Made by a program: the position numbers and the translations under genes
The notes under the pieces: generated by a model
Seen by the model: the letters and a program-made list of their open reading frames with translations, nothing else
Databases searched by the model: none
Told to the model about the DNA's origin: nothing
From: Macrostomum lignano
Lineage: Eukaryota
Reading direction: 5' to 3'
NCBI GenBank assembly: GCA_002269645.1
Contig: NIVC01000087.1
Location: 868,001 to 932,000, forward strand
DNA: 64,000 nt
In this document: positions 12,031 to 23,300 of the stretch, piece by piece
Position numbering within the stretch: position 1 is the first letter of the stretch
How the letters are laid out: each line of letters begins with the position of its first letter

Positions 12031-15000
12031 TCACATTTATGGTTGCTAAGGTCCAATACTTCTACGAGGAATTCTTCTGTGGGAGTTGCAGTATGCAGTA
12101 GTCGAGTGACCGCAAGAGCTAGGGGTCCCGGGATCGGCTCGGACATTCCCTGCTAATAGCCAATGAACAAAAAATACCTTAACAACTGGACGGATTTTGT
12201 TGAGTCTATTTATATCTATAAACTTGTCACCTACACACGCTTATATACGCTTATAAATTGGCCTATCTCTATACGTTTTATATATTGTCGTTTTAATTGC
12301 AGATGTCCTTTTTTATTGTTAGTATGAGAAAAAAATACCTTTGAGTAGCAGGTTGAATTTATATGTATCTCGATTCAGATTGTGTCGCGTTTTATATATA
12401 TATAACTATATATATAATTTATACTTAAAATGTTTATATTAATATTATAACTGTTTTGCTCGCTGGCAGTGCCCAACACCTTTCCCTGTAAATAGCTAAT
12501 AGAATTCTTTACCTAACCAAAAAAGCGTACATGTAGCCAGCGCGTGTCTGTCACTGTGACTCCGCATACCGGTTTCATGCCCTGTGTCCGTTTTTTTTAA
12601 CCCGCTCTTTTTCTCTCTGCTGCTCTTATTATTTTCGATTAATTATGAGTAATGGTCATTCAGGAGGTGTAATACGCCCCTCAGTACAATGCGATTTTAA
12701 ATACAATTTAGTTGATGCTGAATTTTGTGTAGGAAGTCTTTGTTTAGTAATGTAATTAGCAACGACTACTCAAGTAGGACGGGGAAACTCGTACGTTTCT
12801 TGGAAAATCTCATTTTTAGCTTAATGACTGCGTAATAAAATGATACAATAGATTCGTAAAACCAATGAGTCTATGTTGTTGCCAATTTTGTCTAGGCACA
12901 GGACATGCACGTAAGAGGTTACCAAGGACTTCTACTTTGAGTAGTACTTGATTATTAGTTAAGAAGTTCCAAAATAAGAACTTAAAATTCCCAAAGATGC
13001 GTCTCTCTCTGTTTTAGCGTTATTTCTGCTGCTAGTTACCAGGTTGACCTGGTCCTGGCACAGGCCATTGCCCCCCCCCCCCTGCAAACAGATATGTGCT
13101 TCCCAACGAGATGATGTGAGGCCAGGCGTAAATTGCTGTAGGTAAATTTTATTATTTATGATTTTTGCCATGCGTGCTGCTTTCTTGTCCTCCGTGCATG
13201 GAAATCTGCAAGCAAATGTAACTCTGGTATCATTTTTTTCCGCTAAACTTTCTAATCCTGTTGCTATGGTTTTACTGCCTCACTATAACGCATCTGTTTG
13301 TCTTTTACTCTCATTACATATGCAAACAAAATATGTATTTGATGCTAGAAAATCAACGCGACACTGTTTGACTGCTAACAACAGACTTCTATTCCTGCTC
13401 TTGTACCTATGTTTGTGTTCTGTTTCAATGTAAAACCCAATTATGTAGCGGTATGCTTTCTCTAGCACTATTTTGGTCGTTTTTAGTTGGAAAAGTACAA
13501 AGTAAATTTTTATATAAAGAATGCTACGACAGAAAGCGCTCAACCAATATCAATTAGTATGACGAGCGGTTCATTCAGTGCGTGCATGTTTTTATAGCAT
13601 GCAGTTTGTGACACCTACCATACATATAAACTGGTATATTGATGCTTAAATGCTATTGTGTTTTGCTCTCTATTTTATTGTTGGACTTAACTGCAATCGA
13701 GATGACGCAATAACGCGCTTTTACTTTTATTGTGCGGCGCTATGCTTTTGTGCATTGAATAATTTTAAAACTCATTTTATGGAGATAGGGAGATTAAGGA
13801 GTTAAGCTTAGAAGTTGTTTGACGATACTCGAATTCATATTTTTCTATACTACGAGTACATGTACAATGCATCGCCAGAAATCAGCATTAATTGAACAGT
13901 CCTAGCTAAAAAACTCAAGTTAGCGAAAAGAAATCTCTGCTACGCGATGCAACATATTCATGATTAAATCTAATCACAATAATTCCCTCGAGCTACGGCC
14001 AGTCGAGATAGCCTCTAAGGCTTCATTCTTGAGCATCATGCAGTGCTTAAACCATAATACAAGTTCTAAGTATTTATGCATGCACAATCTCTACCTTGGT
14101 GAGAATAATAATGCATTGTATATTTCTATTTCAAAGTTTCATAACCTTTTTACAAGCTTAGCAAGTCTCGCGTCCGAGGGTTATATCTTAAAGTTTTCTT
14201 TACCGCACTCGCGGCGCTTTCTTAACGGCTAGGCTAGTAATATGTGTACTTTTATTTTTTCCTCAACGAAATTGCGTGACAATTTTAATTTAAATTTAAC
14301 AATTTAAAATCTCTAAAACAAATCCATGGCACGCATAGGCAATAATTGCTTATGAGCAACTTCAATTGAATTTGAAGTTCAATTTTCCGATGGTACTGGA
14401 CCCGTAGACAAAGATATAACAAATACTTTTTTATTACGCAAATCTACTGCGATTAAATTGTAGGACTCAATGATAAACTTACTTTGATCTTTTCTGCCCT
14501 CTAATATGTAAAGTGTAGCTATTCATTAATAAATATTAGCACTCGCTAGGCTCTTTTTCCAAATGATTGGTCGGTGTAAATATTGACTATATTATGAAAT
14601 ACTTGAATCACGTGGCTCACATACATGAGCTTGAAGCACCACGGGATGGGTCATACTAAGTTAAGTACAAGGGACAGAAAGCAAAAAAATAAATAATCAT
14701 GGCTTCGCTTATGACTACATTTATTGTCCAAAAAAATTTCTGCTCCTCAGGCATTACTAGAGTCAGAGAGCATGCACCATGCCATTGGCCAAATGCCTTG
14801 TGCATCTCTCCTAAATCCACTACTGTTTGAGACTTATTTATTTATTTTCAATACTTATGGTCAAATTTAAATATTATATTTATATAAAGATTTTCTTATA
14901 AGCCAGAATTCTATAATTTTTGTGTCAAAGAGCTATGAAAGAAGCTGAGCTGAGCTTTAGCAATGCAATGCAGTTAAGATGCATAAAATAGATAATAGGC

Positions 15001-15961
15001 CTATATAAAAGAGACATAATATGATAATAGACTAATAGATATGGAATAAACAAGTTGCATACAGTAAACAATGCTGATAGGACTAAGATTTTATAAATCT
15101 AATGTTAAGAAACATAGAACCCAATCCTAAAATCCTATTTTAATTCTTAAGACCATAGCAAAAATATAAAATTTTGGCTCAATCTAAAAAATATATGTTG
15201 TCTAACCATTGCACTATATATTTGTTATATTTTTCTAAAAAACAAATTGATTATTGAACTATTGTCTTGATTAAATTCCAGCCAATAAAAATGTTAACAA
15301 ATAAATAAAAATCTATATTAATAGTAGCAATGGTATAGTATTCTAAATGTAGCATAATGGCAATAAGAGCCTTGATTAGGCTCCTATATTATAGTTAGAG
15401 TGTTTTTATTTGTAGGCTAAATATATTAGAGAAGTTTTTAGAATTTTGCCATATTTAATAGACACATACAAAAAGAGCATAGAAGTTTCTAGAATATATA
15501 AGGAAATATTAATAAACTTAGGCAAGAACAATGCTTGTCTAGATATATAAAAATTTATAAAATATATATTTCTTAGAATAATAATAACATGTATTAGCAA
15601 GACAATATTTAGATATGCTTCTACTATATATAATTTTAATCCTAGCAACGATTAGAATATTATATTTTTATCCCATTGGATAAACAGTTCAAGTCTAAAT
15701 TGATAAGGTTTAATATCAACATGATATTAGCATATGTGCTAGAATAAAATCATTTGATTATTTGCTATATGCCATCATACATGCCCAACACCTAGCCAAC
15801 CCAGTCAATTTGGCTGGTTGGTAAAGGGTCTGGCCAGGCCAAGGTAAATTGCAAAAATGCTGACCCAATTAAATTAATATAGTACTAACTAGATGACAAG
15901 GCATTTAGCCTTTATAATACAGTTATATAGTTACTCTTGCTGTTTACCCAATATTACATTA

Positions 15962-16827
15962 TGTTGTAACCCGGGTCGGCTTGGGTGCCTAGTCCCGAGT
16001 ACAATATATTATATGTGATATAACAGGCGTTGTGACGCTCTGTCTGTACTTTTATGAATACGACGAGCAGGCGTGGCAACACTCTGCGATAATAATTCGA
16101 TCCCTCTGGTGTTGTGACACTCAGAGTTCACGCTGCGGCTCGAGGTGTGGTGACACTCTCGAGTGCTTCTATTCTCTATACCGTAGGGCGTACGCAATAT
16201 ATATGGTAAACGGTACCGTACTACAGAAGCTATATGGTCTCCCGGCGTTATGACACTCTGGCAAGAATTCGGCCTAGCAAGCTTCCCGAAAAGAAAGGAC
16301 TCAAACAGCAGGCGGCTTACCAGTGGCCAGATGACTGTTCATCGTTTATTATTCGCAGGTCTCAAGCGCAGTTTCCGACTTCTTCTTAATTCTCCAAGAC
16401 TCTTCTCAATTAGGCTATTGTGTTTCTTTTATCGAAGTAGCTAATGTTGCTGTTTCTTTTATCAGGTCTCGCGCTTGCACTCTTGGAGCACACCAAAACA
16501 CAAAAAGCACGCAGGTGGTGGGCAAGAGCCAGAGTCGCACCATAAATAGCACCCAAACCCTGGGGCAGACGGCCCACCGGCTAAGCTCACCAAAACAAAC
16601 CACGCCGGCCCAGCCAATCAAAACCCCGCCTAAGGGGGGAGGGGCTGCACCCGCGCCAAAGCTGGCCCGGCCGCAGCCAACCAGCCCTGAGCACGGGGCA
16701 GGGGCACGGCTGGGGAGGGGCACGCGCAAAGCCCGGCCGGGGCCAGACCCTGCCACGCCCGCCAACCCCCCCAACCAGCCCCAAAGTGCAACGCGCCCTG
16801 CCAACTGACAAGGGCGCATGCACTACA
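15962..16827 (-). repeat. 3' LTR (866 bp)
   Basis: About 99% identical to 24903-25738. On the minus strand it reads TGTAGTG...ACAACA, with a GC-box/CCAAT region, then TATTTAT (~16545), then AATAAA (16345-16350), in U3-R-U5 order. Confidence 0.96.
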
Positions 16828-16850
16828 CCCTCCCCTCCTAAAAAAAAAAA
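16828..16850 (-). promoter_or_regulatory. Polypurine tract (AGGAGGGGAGGG) preceded by a T11 U-tract
   Basis: Minus strand reads TTTTTTTTTTT AGGAGGGGAGGG, directly abutting the TG of the 3' LTR. Confidence 0.9.
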
Positions 16851-17074
16851 CAAGGCGGAGCTCGAACCACGGCGACTGGGATTCCAAATTTCAAATAACA
16901 AAGCAAAAAAAATCAAAAACAACAAAAAAATTAGAAACAAACTAATGCAAAGGGGAAAAAGAAAAATGGTTGCCGCAAAAGAAATATAAAAAAAATACTG
17001 GTTTTCTGCACGCAAGTTCGTCAGAGCAACCACGGGGCACGGAATAGGCTTTACATCAAAGCTGGCGCCACAGA

Positions 17075-17470
17075 AAACCATCGCAGGTGGCCAGCAGGAC
17101 GCGCAGGTGGCCGGCAGGAAGCGCAGATGGCCGGCAGGAAGTGCAGATGGCCGGCAGGGCACGCAGGTGGCCGGGCGGGATGCGCAGGTGGCCGGCAGGA
17201 CGCGCAAGTGGCCGGCAGGACACGCAGGTGGCCGGCAGGAAGTGCAGATGGCCGGCAGGGCACGCAGGTGGCCGGCAGGAAGTGCAGATGGCCGGCAGGG
17301 CACGCAGGTGGCCGGGCGGGACGCGCAGGTGGCCGGCAGGAAGTGCAGATGGCCGGCAGGGCACGCAGGTGGCCGGGCGGGACGCGCAGGTGGCCGACGC
17401 AGAAGCCGGCAGGAAGCGCACGTGGCCGCCGCAGAAGCCGGCAGGAAGCGCAAGTGGCCGCCGCAGAAGC
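17075..17470. repeat. GC-rich tandem repeat (16-17-bp subunits, GCAGGTGGCCGGCAGG core) in the retrotransposon 3' untranslated region
   Basis: Tandem periodicity between the J-protein ORF and the PPT. Confidence 0.85.
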
Positions 17471-17591
17471 CGCTGAGCCATTCCCCCAGGAAGCTTGACC
17501 CCACTAGCAAGCAAATAAACCCATACAGTACGAGCGTAACAACATACATACAAGTAAGCAGAAAATACAGTATGAATCGGAACTGGGCACC

Positions 17592-18538
17592 CTAGCGAAC
17601 CCGAAGTCCAGGGAGACCGACGCAGCTTTTCAGGACCTCGAGCAGCCTGCCAGGCCGGCGCAAACCGAACAGCGGGATGAGCTCGTGACAGAGCTGTCGG
17701 ACGAAACAATCAAAACTCTGCCTAGACCAGTAACGGCGGCCTGCTCTCTGACGCTTTACCGGAGCGATATCTCTGCGGATGAAGAACAACGCCTGCAGCA
17801 GGACCATTGACAGTGCGCTCCTCGGTTCTCGCTGCGAGTCTCGAAACAGCCGTCTCATAGCCGTGAGCACTGACACGATTCCGTCCGACTGTCCAGCCAA
17901 AATATGCTTCATCAAACGATGGCGGAGCTGACGCGCAGCTGCCGATAACGACAGCTTTTCATCATCCCATATTGCTCCCGACGCGCGATGTGAGACAACC
18001 TCCTTGCTTTCCGGTACATCGATCTCCATAGCTTCTGACTCACTACTTCGGAGGAGCCATCCGATGCCAGCAACTCGTCTTCTTCTTCTGTGTCGATGCT
18101 ACACTCATCCGACTCCTCGCTCTCATCGTCGTCCGAGATTAGAATGTAGCCATCCGCTTCGTAATCGTTCCTCTGTCCCTGTCTCCCCTGCCTGAGACCA
18201 GCTTCCTTGCGCTGAGCTTCTTCAACTTCTCGCCTTTGCTGTACTCCCTCTTCGATGTCCGCCGGCATTCTTACACCAGTAGGAGGTATGAACGTCATTG
18301 CGAAGGTTACAGCCTCGTCATACGGGATTGATTTATCGCCCAACTGGTCGTACATCGCTCGGCGATATGGACACGATAGAATTCTACCAGCAGTCTCAAT
18401 TTCTTGGAAACGGCGTCCTGCGAGTTCCTTGTCTGGGTGCTTGTCCGGGTGCCAGAAGAGCGCTAGCTGTCGATAGACTCGCCTGATCTCGGCACGTTCG
18501 GCTGTGTGTCCGACTTGGAGGACAGCGTACAAATCCAT
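17592..18538 (-). CDS. Retrotransposon accessory ORF3: J-domain (DnaJ/Hsp40) protein with acidic SIM-like tract; 208 aa as written (stop 17912), ~315 aa if a 1-nt loss at 18047-18048 is repaired
   Basis: First ATG at 18538: MDLYAVLQVGHTAERAEIRRVYRQLALFWHPDKHPDKELAGRRFQEIETAGRILSCPYRRAMYDQLG matches the canonical four-helix J-domain pattern with an intact HPD. The fusion with the 17592-18029 ORF is inferred. Confidence 0.88.
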
Positions 18539-18961
18539 CTGCAAAGCAACGTACTCAAACCTGCGACACACTGTCCCTGACTCCAGATTCTACTCCTGCT
18601 CCCCTCTTGCCAGAGCGTCATCTCCTCGGACCGTGGCCCGCGGTACCCTGCATCGTAAAGTCCCAGCGCAAATTCGAGTTGTCACCGGATGCCAGTCCGA
18701 ATACCCTCCACCGATGCATAGATTTTGTAGGCAAAATTTGATTCTCGTCAAAACTTCGATGAAGATGCGATTAAAATGACTTAATGACGCATTAACGAAT
18801 TTCTTGAATGACGCATTGGCGAACTGCTCGTACTCATGATGAATGATGCATTGATGAAGTACTCGTATTTATGATGAATGACGCATTCGCGAAATATTTT
18901 TCTGGCTTTTAACGATAATCGCATATGAAACTGATGAGACTTCACGATGACGAGTAACCCA

Positions 18962-20308
18962 TTAGAATGTCACTGGCTGGCCGTAGCGATCCGGCGGCCG
19001 TCGCAACCTTCCGGACCTTCGAGGCTCAGGTGCAGCTTCCACCGGGTTATGAGTAGGCTGCGGGTCGTCAACCAACTCCATCTGCTCTTCCAGCACCTCG
19101 GCGACTTCCTCAGCGTCCTGTGGCGGCATCAGTTGAGGCCGAGTCCAAGTCTCGCCTTCCGCATCTGCCTCCGAGTCCGTCTCGTCGACCACTTCCGGCG
19201 GTGCCGCGGTCCTAACTGGTGTTTCCAGGGCGGCCGGTCGAGCGAACTTCCGGAGGTTGTTGAAGTGGACGAACTTCGACTTTTTACGATTTGACGGGTT
19301 TTCCACTTTGAAGAGCACCTCGGATCTTCTTTCGAGCACCTTCACTGGGCCGAGCCAGCTTACGTGAAACTTTGCGGCTTCGTCTGGTTTCAGGGCGGGG
19401 CTGTAGACGAAGACATGGTCACCCTCCTGAATATCGGATCCTCGGGTTCTTTTATCGTACTGGTCCTTCTGTCGCCGCTGATAAGTATTCAACTGCTGTC
19501 GAGCAGCGCGATGAGCTGTCTGCAATTTGTCTTCTAGCTCCTTGACGAAATTTACATGCGAATCGACAGGCTGTGGCGGCTGGTCAGTCAAGTCTATCGG
19601 TAGGCGCATCTCCGTGCCATAGACCATGTAGTGGGGAGTATAACCCGTTGCTCGATGCACGCTTGATCGGTACGCCATTAACGCAGAGCTGACGAATTCT
19701 TCCCAGTCGTTTCGTCCTGAGTCCTCTAGGCAGCACTTGAGGATGGATTTTAAACTTTTATTGAAGTTTTCTACTTGTCCATTTCCGCTCGGATGATAAG
19801 CTGTTGTTCTGGACTTGCGGATCTCGAGTATCCTGCACATTTCGCGCATCACTTGCGATTCGAAGTTTCTTCCTTGGTCGCTGTGCAAAGTACTCGGACA
19901 CCCATGCTGGCTAATCCATCGATTGAAAAGCGCCCTTGCCACCGTCCTTGCCTTCTGGTTGCGAAGCGGGTACGCGTCAGGCCACTTCGTAAACGAATCT
20001 TGGACTGTCAGGAGATAAATGTTTCCAGCCTTACTCCGCGGTAGCGGCCCGACAATGTCCATCATGACGCAATCGAATGGTGCTGCGAATGTCAACGGTT
20101 GCAGGGGTGCTCGGTTTCGCTTGCCCGGCTTTGACTTGCAGCAGGTGGCACAACCGCGAATATATTCTTCAATGGCACGAGACAATCCTGGACGCCAGTA
20201 GCGCTGAAGCACTTTAAATTTTGTCTTCGCAAAGCCCATGTGGCCACCTCCCACTCCCTCGTGTAGGGTTTTCAAGATACGATCCAATGCCTTTCGTGGC
20301 AGCACCAT
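18962..20308 (-). CDS. Pol, integrase portion (HHCC zinc finger, DDE core, GPY/F-like module); -1 frame relative to upstream pol
   Basis: LHEGVGGGHMG...CATC (HHCC); DIVGP, HSDQGRNFES and NGQVENFNK (D,D35E); WLGPVKV (GPY/F-like). No chromodomain seen. Confidence 0.95.
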   Translation of the reverse strand: MVLPRKALDRILKTLHEGVGGGHMGFAKTKFKVLQRYWRPGLSRAIEEYIRGCATCCKSKPGKRNRAPLQPLTFAAPFDCVMMDIVGPLPRSKAGNIYLLTVQDSFTKWPDAYPLRNQKARTVARALFNRWISQHGCPSTLHSDQGRNFESQVMREMCRILEIRKSRTTAYHPSGNGQVENFNKSLKSILKCCLEDSGRNDWEEFVSSALMAYRSSVHRATGYTPHYMVYGTEMRLPIDLTDQPPQPVDSHVNFVKELEDKLQTAHRAARQQLNTYQRRQKDQYDKRTRGSDIQEGDHVFVYSPALKPDEAAKFHVSWLGPVKVLERRSEVLFKVENPSNRKKSKFVHFNNLRKFARPAALETPVRTAAPPEVVDETDSEADAEGETWTRPQLMPPQDAEEVAEVLEEQMELVDDPQPTHNPVEAAPEPRRSGRLRRPPDRYGQPVTF

Positions 20309-23300
20309 TGATACTCATCGCGCCTGTCTTTGTTTCTCACAAGGAGCACGTTCTCTTGCAGCACCAGGTCGTCTTTTCGAGTCCAGACGGCTCTAGCCAG
20401 TGGACTCCAAGCTGTCTCGCTTTTATCTGGAACTGGGTTTGAGCCAAGCGCTTCCTTTACTGTTCTCAAATCGTCGTCTTGATCCTGCTCGCTTGCCAGA
20501 TTGCCGGCTGAGAATCGTTCAAATTCGACTGCATTTAGTCCTTCTGGATGCTGCGCACATGCCGGGCATGTCTCCGCTCCGAAATGTCTCCGTACTGGCT
20601 TCCTCGACATTGCGTCCGCGTTGCCATGCGATCGACCTGGTCTGTGAACGATGCGGTACTGAAATGGAGCCAACTTCTCCAACCAGCGAGCAACCTGTCC
20701 CTCGGCGTCACTGAAGTTTTTTAACCATTGCAGGCTGCTGTGGTCCGTTCGCAGACAGAACGCTTTTCCAAGCAGATAGTATCTGAACTTCATGATGAAA
20801 GTCACAACCGCTAGTAGTTCTAAACGAGTCGTACAATAGTTGCGTTCGGCTTGATTTAGTGTCTTGGACCCATAGGCGATCACTCGTTCTGCTCCATCTG
20901 GCTGGACTTGAGAAAGTACCGCTCCTATGCCCATCTTCGAACTGCCATCAGTATCGAGGATAAACTCTCCGGCATCCGGGGAGAAATCCGGATGAGCCAT
21001 AACCTCTGAACTTGTCATTCGTTCCTTCAATGTTTCGAACGCCAGCTGCTGTTCCGTTTTCCATTCAAACTTTGCGTCTTTTGTTGTCAATCGAGTTAGA
21101 GGCGCTGCTATTGCGGCGAAATCTTTAATAAACTTTCTGTAATAGCCACACAGGCCCAAGAATGAATGCAGCTCCGTCGAGGATCGCGGTGTTGGCCAGT
21201 TCTTCACTTCTTGAACTTTCTCCTCATCGGTACTGATGCCAGCAGCCGACAGCGTGTGACCGAGAAATTTCACTTGCTTTTGCAAAAAGTGACACTTCTG
21301 GGGCTTCAGGCACAAATTTGCTTGCCGCAACTTGCTGAATATTTCCTCCAGTCTTCTCAGGTGTTCATCCACGTCGGTTGACCAAACCAGTAGATCGTCG
21401 ATGTAGACGAGACAGGTTTTCCACATCTGCTTGTCCAGAACGGCTGCCATCAACCTGGTGAATGTTGCTGGGCTGTTCACTAAGCCGAACGGCATAACCT
21501 TCCATCGAAATTGTCCGCGATGCGGCACTGCAAACGCCGTCTTGTCCTGATCCTGAGGTCTCACCCCTACTTGCCAAAACCCGCTGTGAAGGTCCATTGT
21601 CGAGAAGATCTTGGCGCCGTGTACTGCCTCCAGCGCATCATCGACCCTCGGCATCGGCACTGCATCCTTGACGGTGACCTCATTCAACTTCCGATAATCG
21701 ACGCACATCCTCATTTCCCCTGATTTCTTCTTTACGCACACCAAAGGAAAGCACCATGGTGACTGTGCTTCTTCGATCTGCCCCTTTTCCAGCAACTCGT
21801 TGACTTGACGATCTACTTCTGGCTGTAAGTGGGGAGGCAGACGACGCGGTGGGATCTTGATTGGGCGCGCATTCTCGGTGTTAATTTCATGCTCCACCAC
21901 GGTAGTTAACTTGCTTGAAGTCTGCTTGGTCGTGAACACATCGCTGTAACTCCGGACAAGGATTCTAAATTCTTCGTCTTCTTTCGTCGACAGTCCACAG
22001 TCGCCGTACGAGTTTGGTAGCAAGTCTGCTTCCGAAGGGCTGTTGCTGCCTTGGACCTTCGGCTCTTCCTGTGGATCGTCTCCTGACTCTACGGCTAAGA
22101 GCTTGATGGTGTTCAACGGTTCGGTGGATTCTAGGGGGCAGAACCACCCGAGCGTACAACCTTGGCGAATTCTGACTGGCTCTTCCGTGATATTGATGAG
22201 TCGAGTCGGCAGACGGCTGCCGCTATTTGGGATCACTAAGGCCTTAGCAAGCCAGCGGCCAGCTGCCAAATCGTTGGCTCCGAGATTCTCAGTTAGACCG
22301 ACACACCCTCTGTTCCGTCGTCCTTTGCTCTCCAGCCTTGCTGACAGAACTGCTTGATGACCTGGCGGTATTGTGCTGGACCTTGTCGCCAAAATTCTGC
22401 AAACGATCGGGCGCTCAGCTTGCCATCGGAACGGGATTGCAGTGTCCTGCACTGAAAAGACAGCTGTCTTGTAGTCGATGACGCAACTGTTGTCCCTGCA
22501 GAAGTCGGATCCCAATACCAGTTGGTACTTCACTCCGCTGACTACCAAGGCTGGAGTATCTATTACTTTATCAGCGATTGATAGTCGCAACAGGACTGTT
22601 CTCTCGATTTCGATCGGGCTGCCGTTTGCTAAGCTAACATAGCCTTTAGCACCGGCCAAATCTCTGACGCTCTGTTTCGGCATACTTTGGTAGGCTTCCC
22701 GTGAGATAATGGTGCAGGAAGCTCCCGAGTCCACTAGCGCGTTCACCCTCCGCCCTGCGATTGAGGCCGTAACATATATCGACGCATGATTGATTTGAAT
22801 TGACTGAGGTGCGTTGACGGTGATTGGGCGCTGCGACTGTGCAAAACCGGCTAGTTGATGGTGAGGTGCAGTACCGGACGCTGGAGGCTGATGAGGCACT
22901 GTAACGGATACTGGATGCTGATGAGACTCAGTACCGGACACTGTAGGCTGATGAGGCGCAGTACCGGACACTGGAGGCTGATGAGGCACTGTACCGGACA
23001 CTGGATGCTGATGAGACACAGTACCGGACACTGGAGGCTGATGAGACGCTGTACCGGACACTGGATGCTGATGAGGCGCAGTACCGGACACTGGATGCTG
23101 ATGAGGCGCAGTACCGGACGCTGGAGGCTGATGAGGCGCAGTACCGGACACTGGATGCTGATGAGGCGCAGTACCGGACACTGAATGCTGATGAGGCGCA
23201 GTACCGGACACTGAATGCTGATGAGGCACTGTACCGGACACTGGATGCTGATGAGATGAAGTACCGGACACTGGATGCTGATGAGGCGCAGTACCGGACA

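Noticed and set aside
12095-12145. tRNA/SINE-like segment (GTAGTCGAGTG...GGTCCCGGGATCG)
   Set aside because: Only loose A- and B-box resemblance; I could not build a cloverleaf or find a tail or TSD.
12200-15950. AT-rich intergenic stretch flanking the retrotransposon, possibly old transposon debris
   Set aside because: No TIRs, TSDs or coding motifs I could identify by eye.
16587-17709. Minus-strand ORFs of 320 and 217 aa, and plus-strand ORFs in the element's 3' UTR
   Set aside because: They derive from the GC-rich tandem repeat and run into the LTR; low complexity and no domain.
17592-18571. ORF3 as an envelope gene
   Set aside because: No signal peptide, furin site or TM anchor; it is a J-domain protein.
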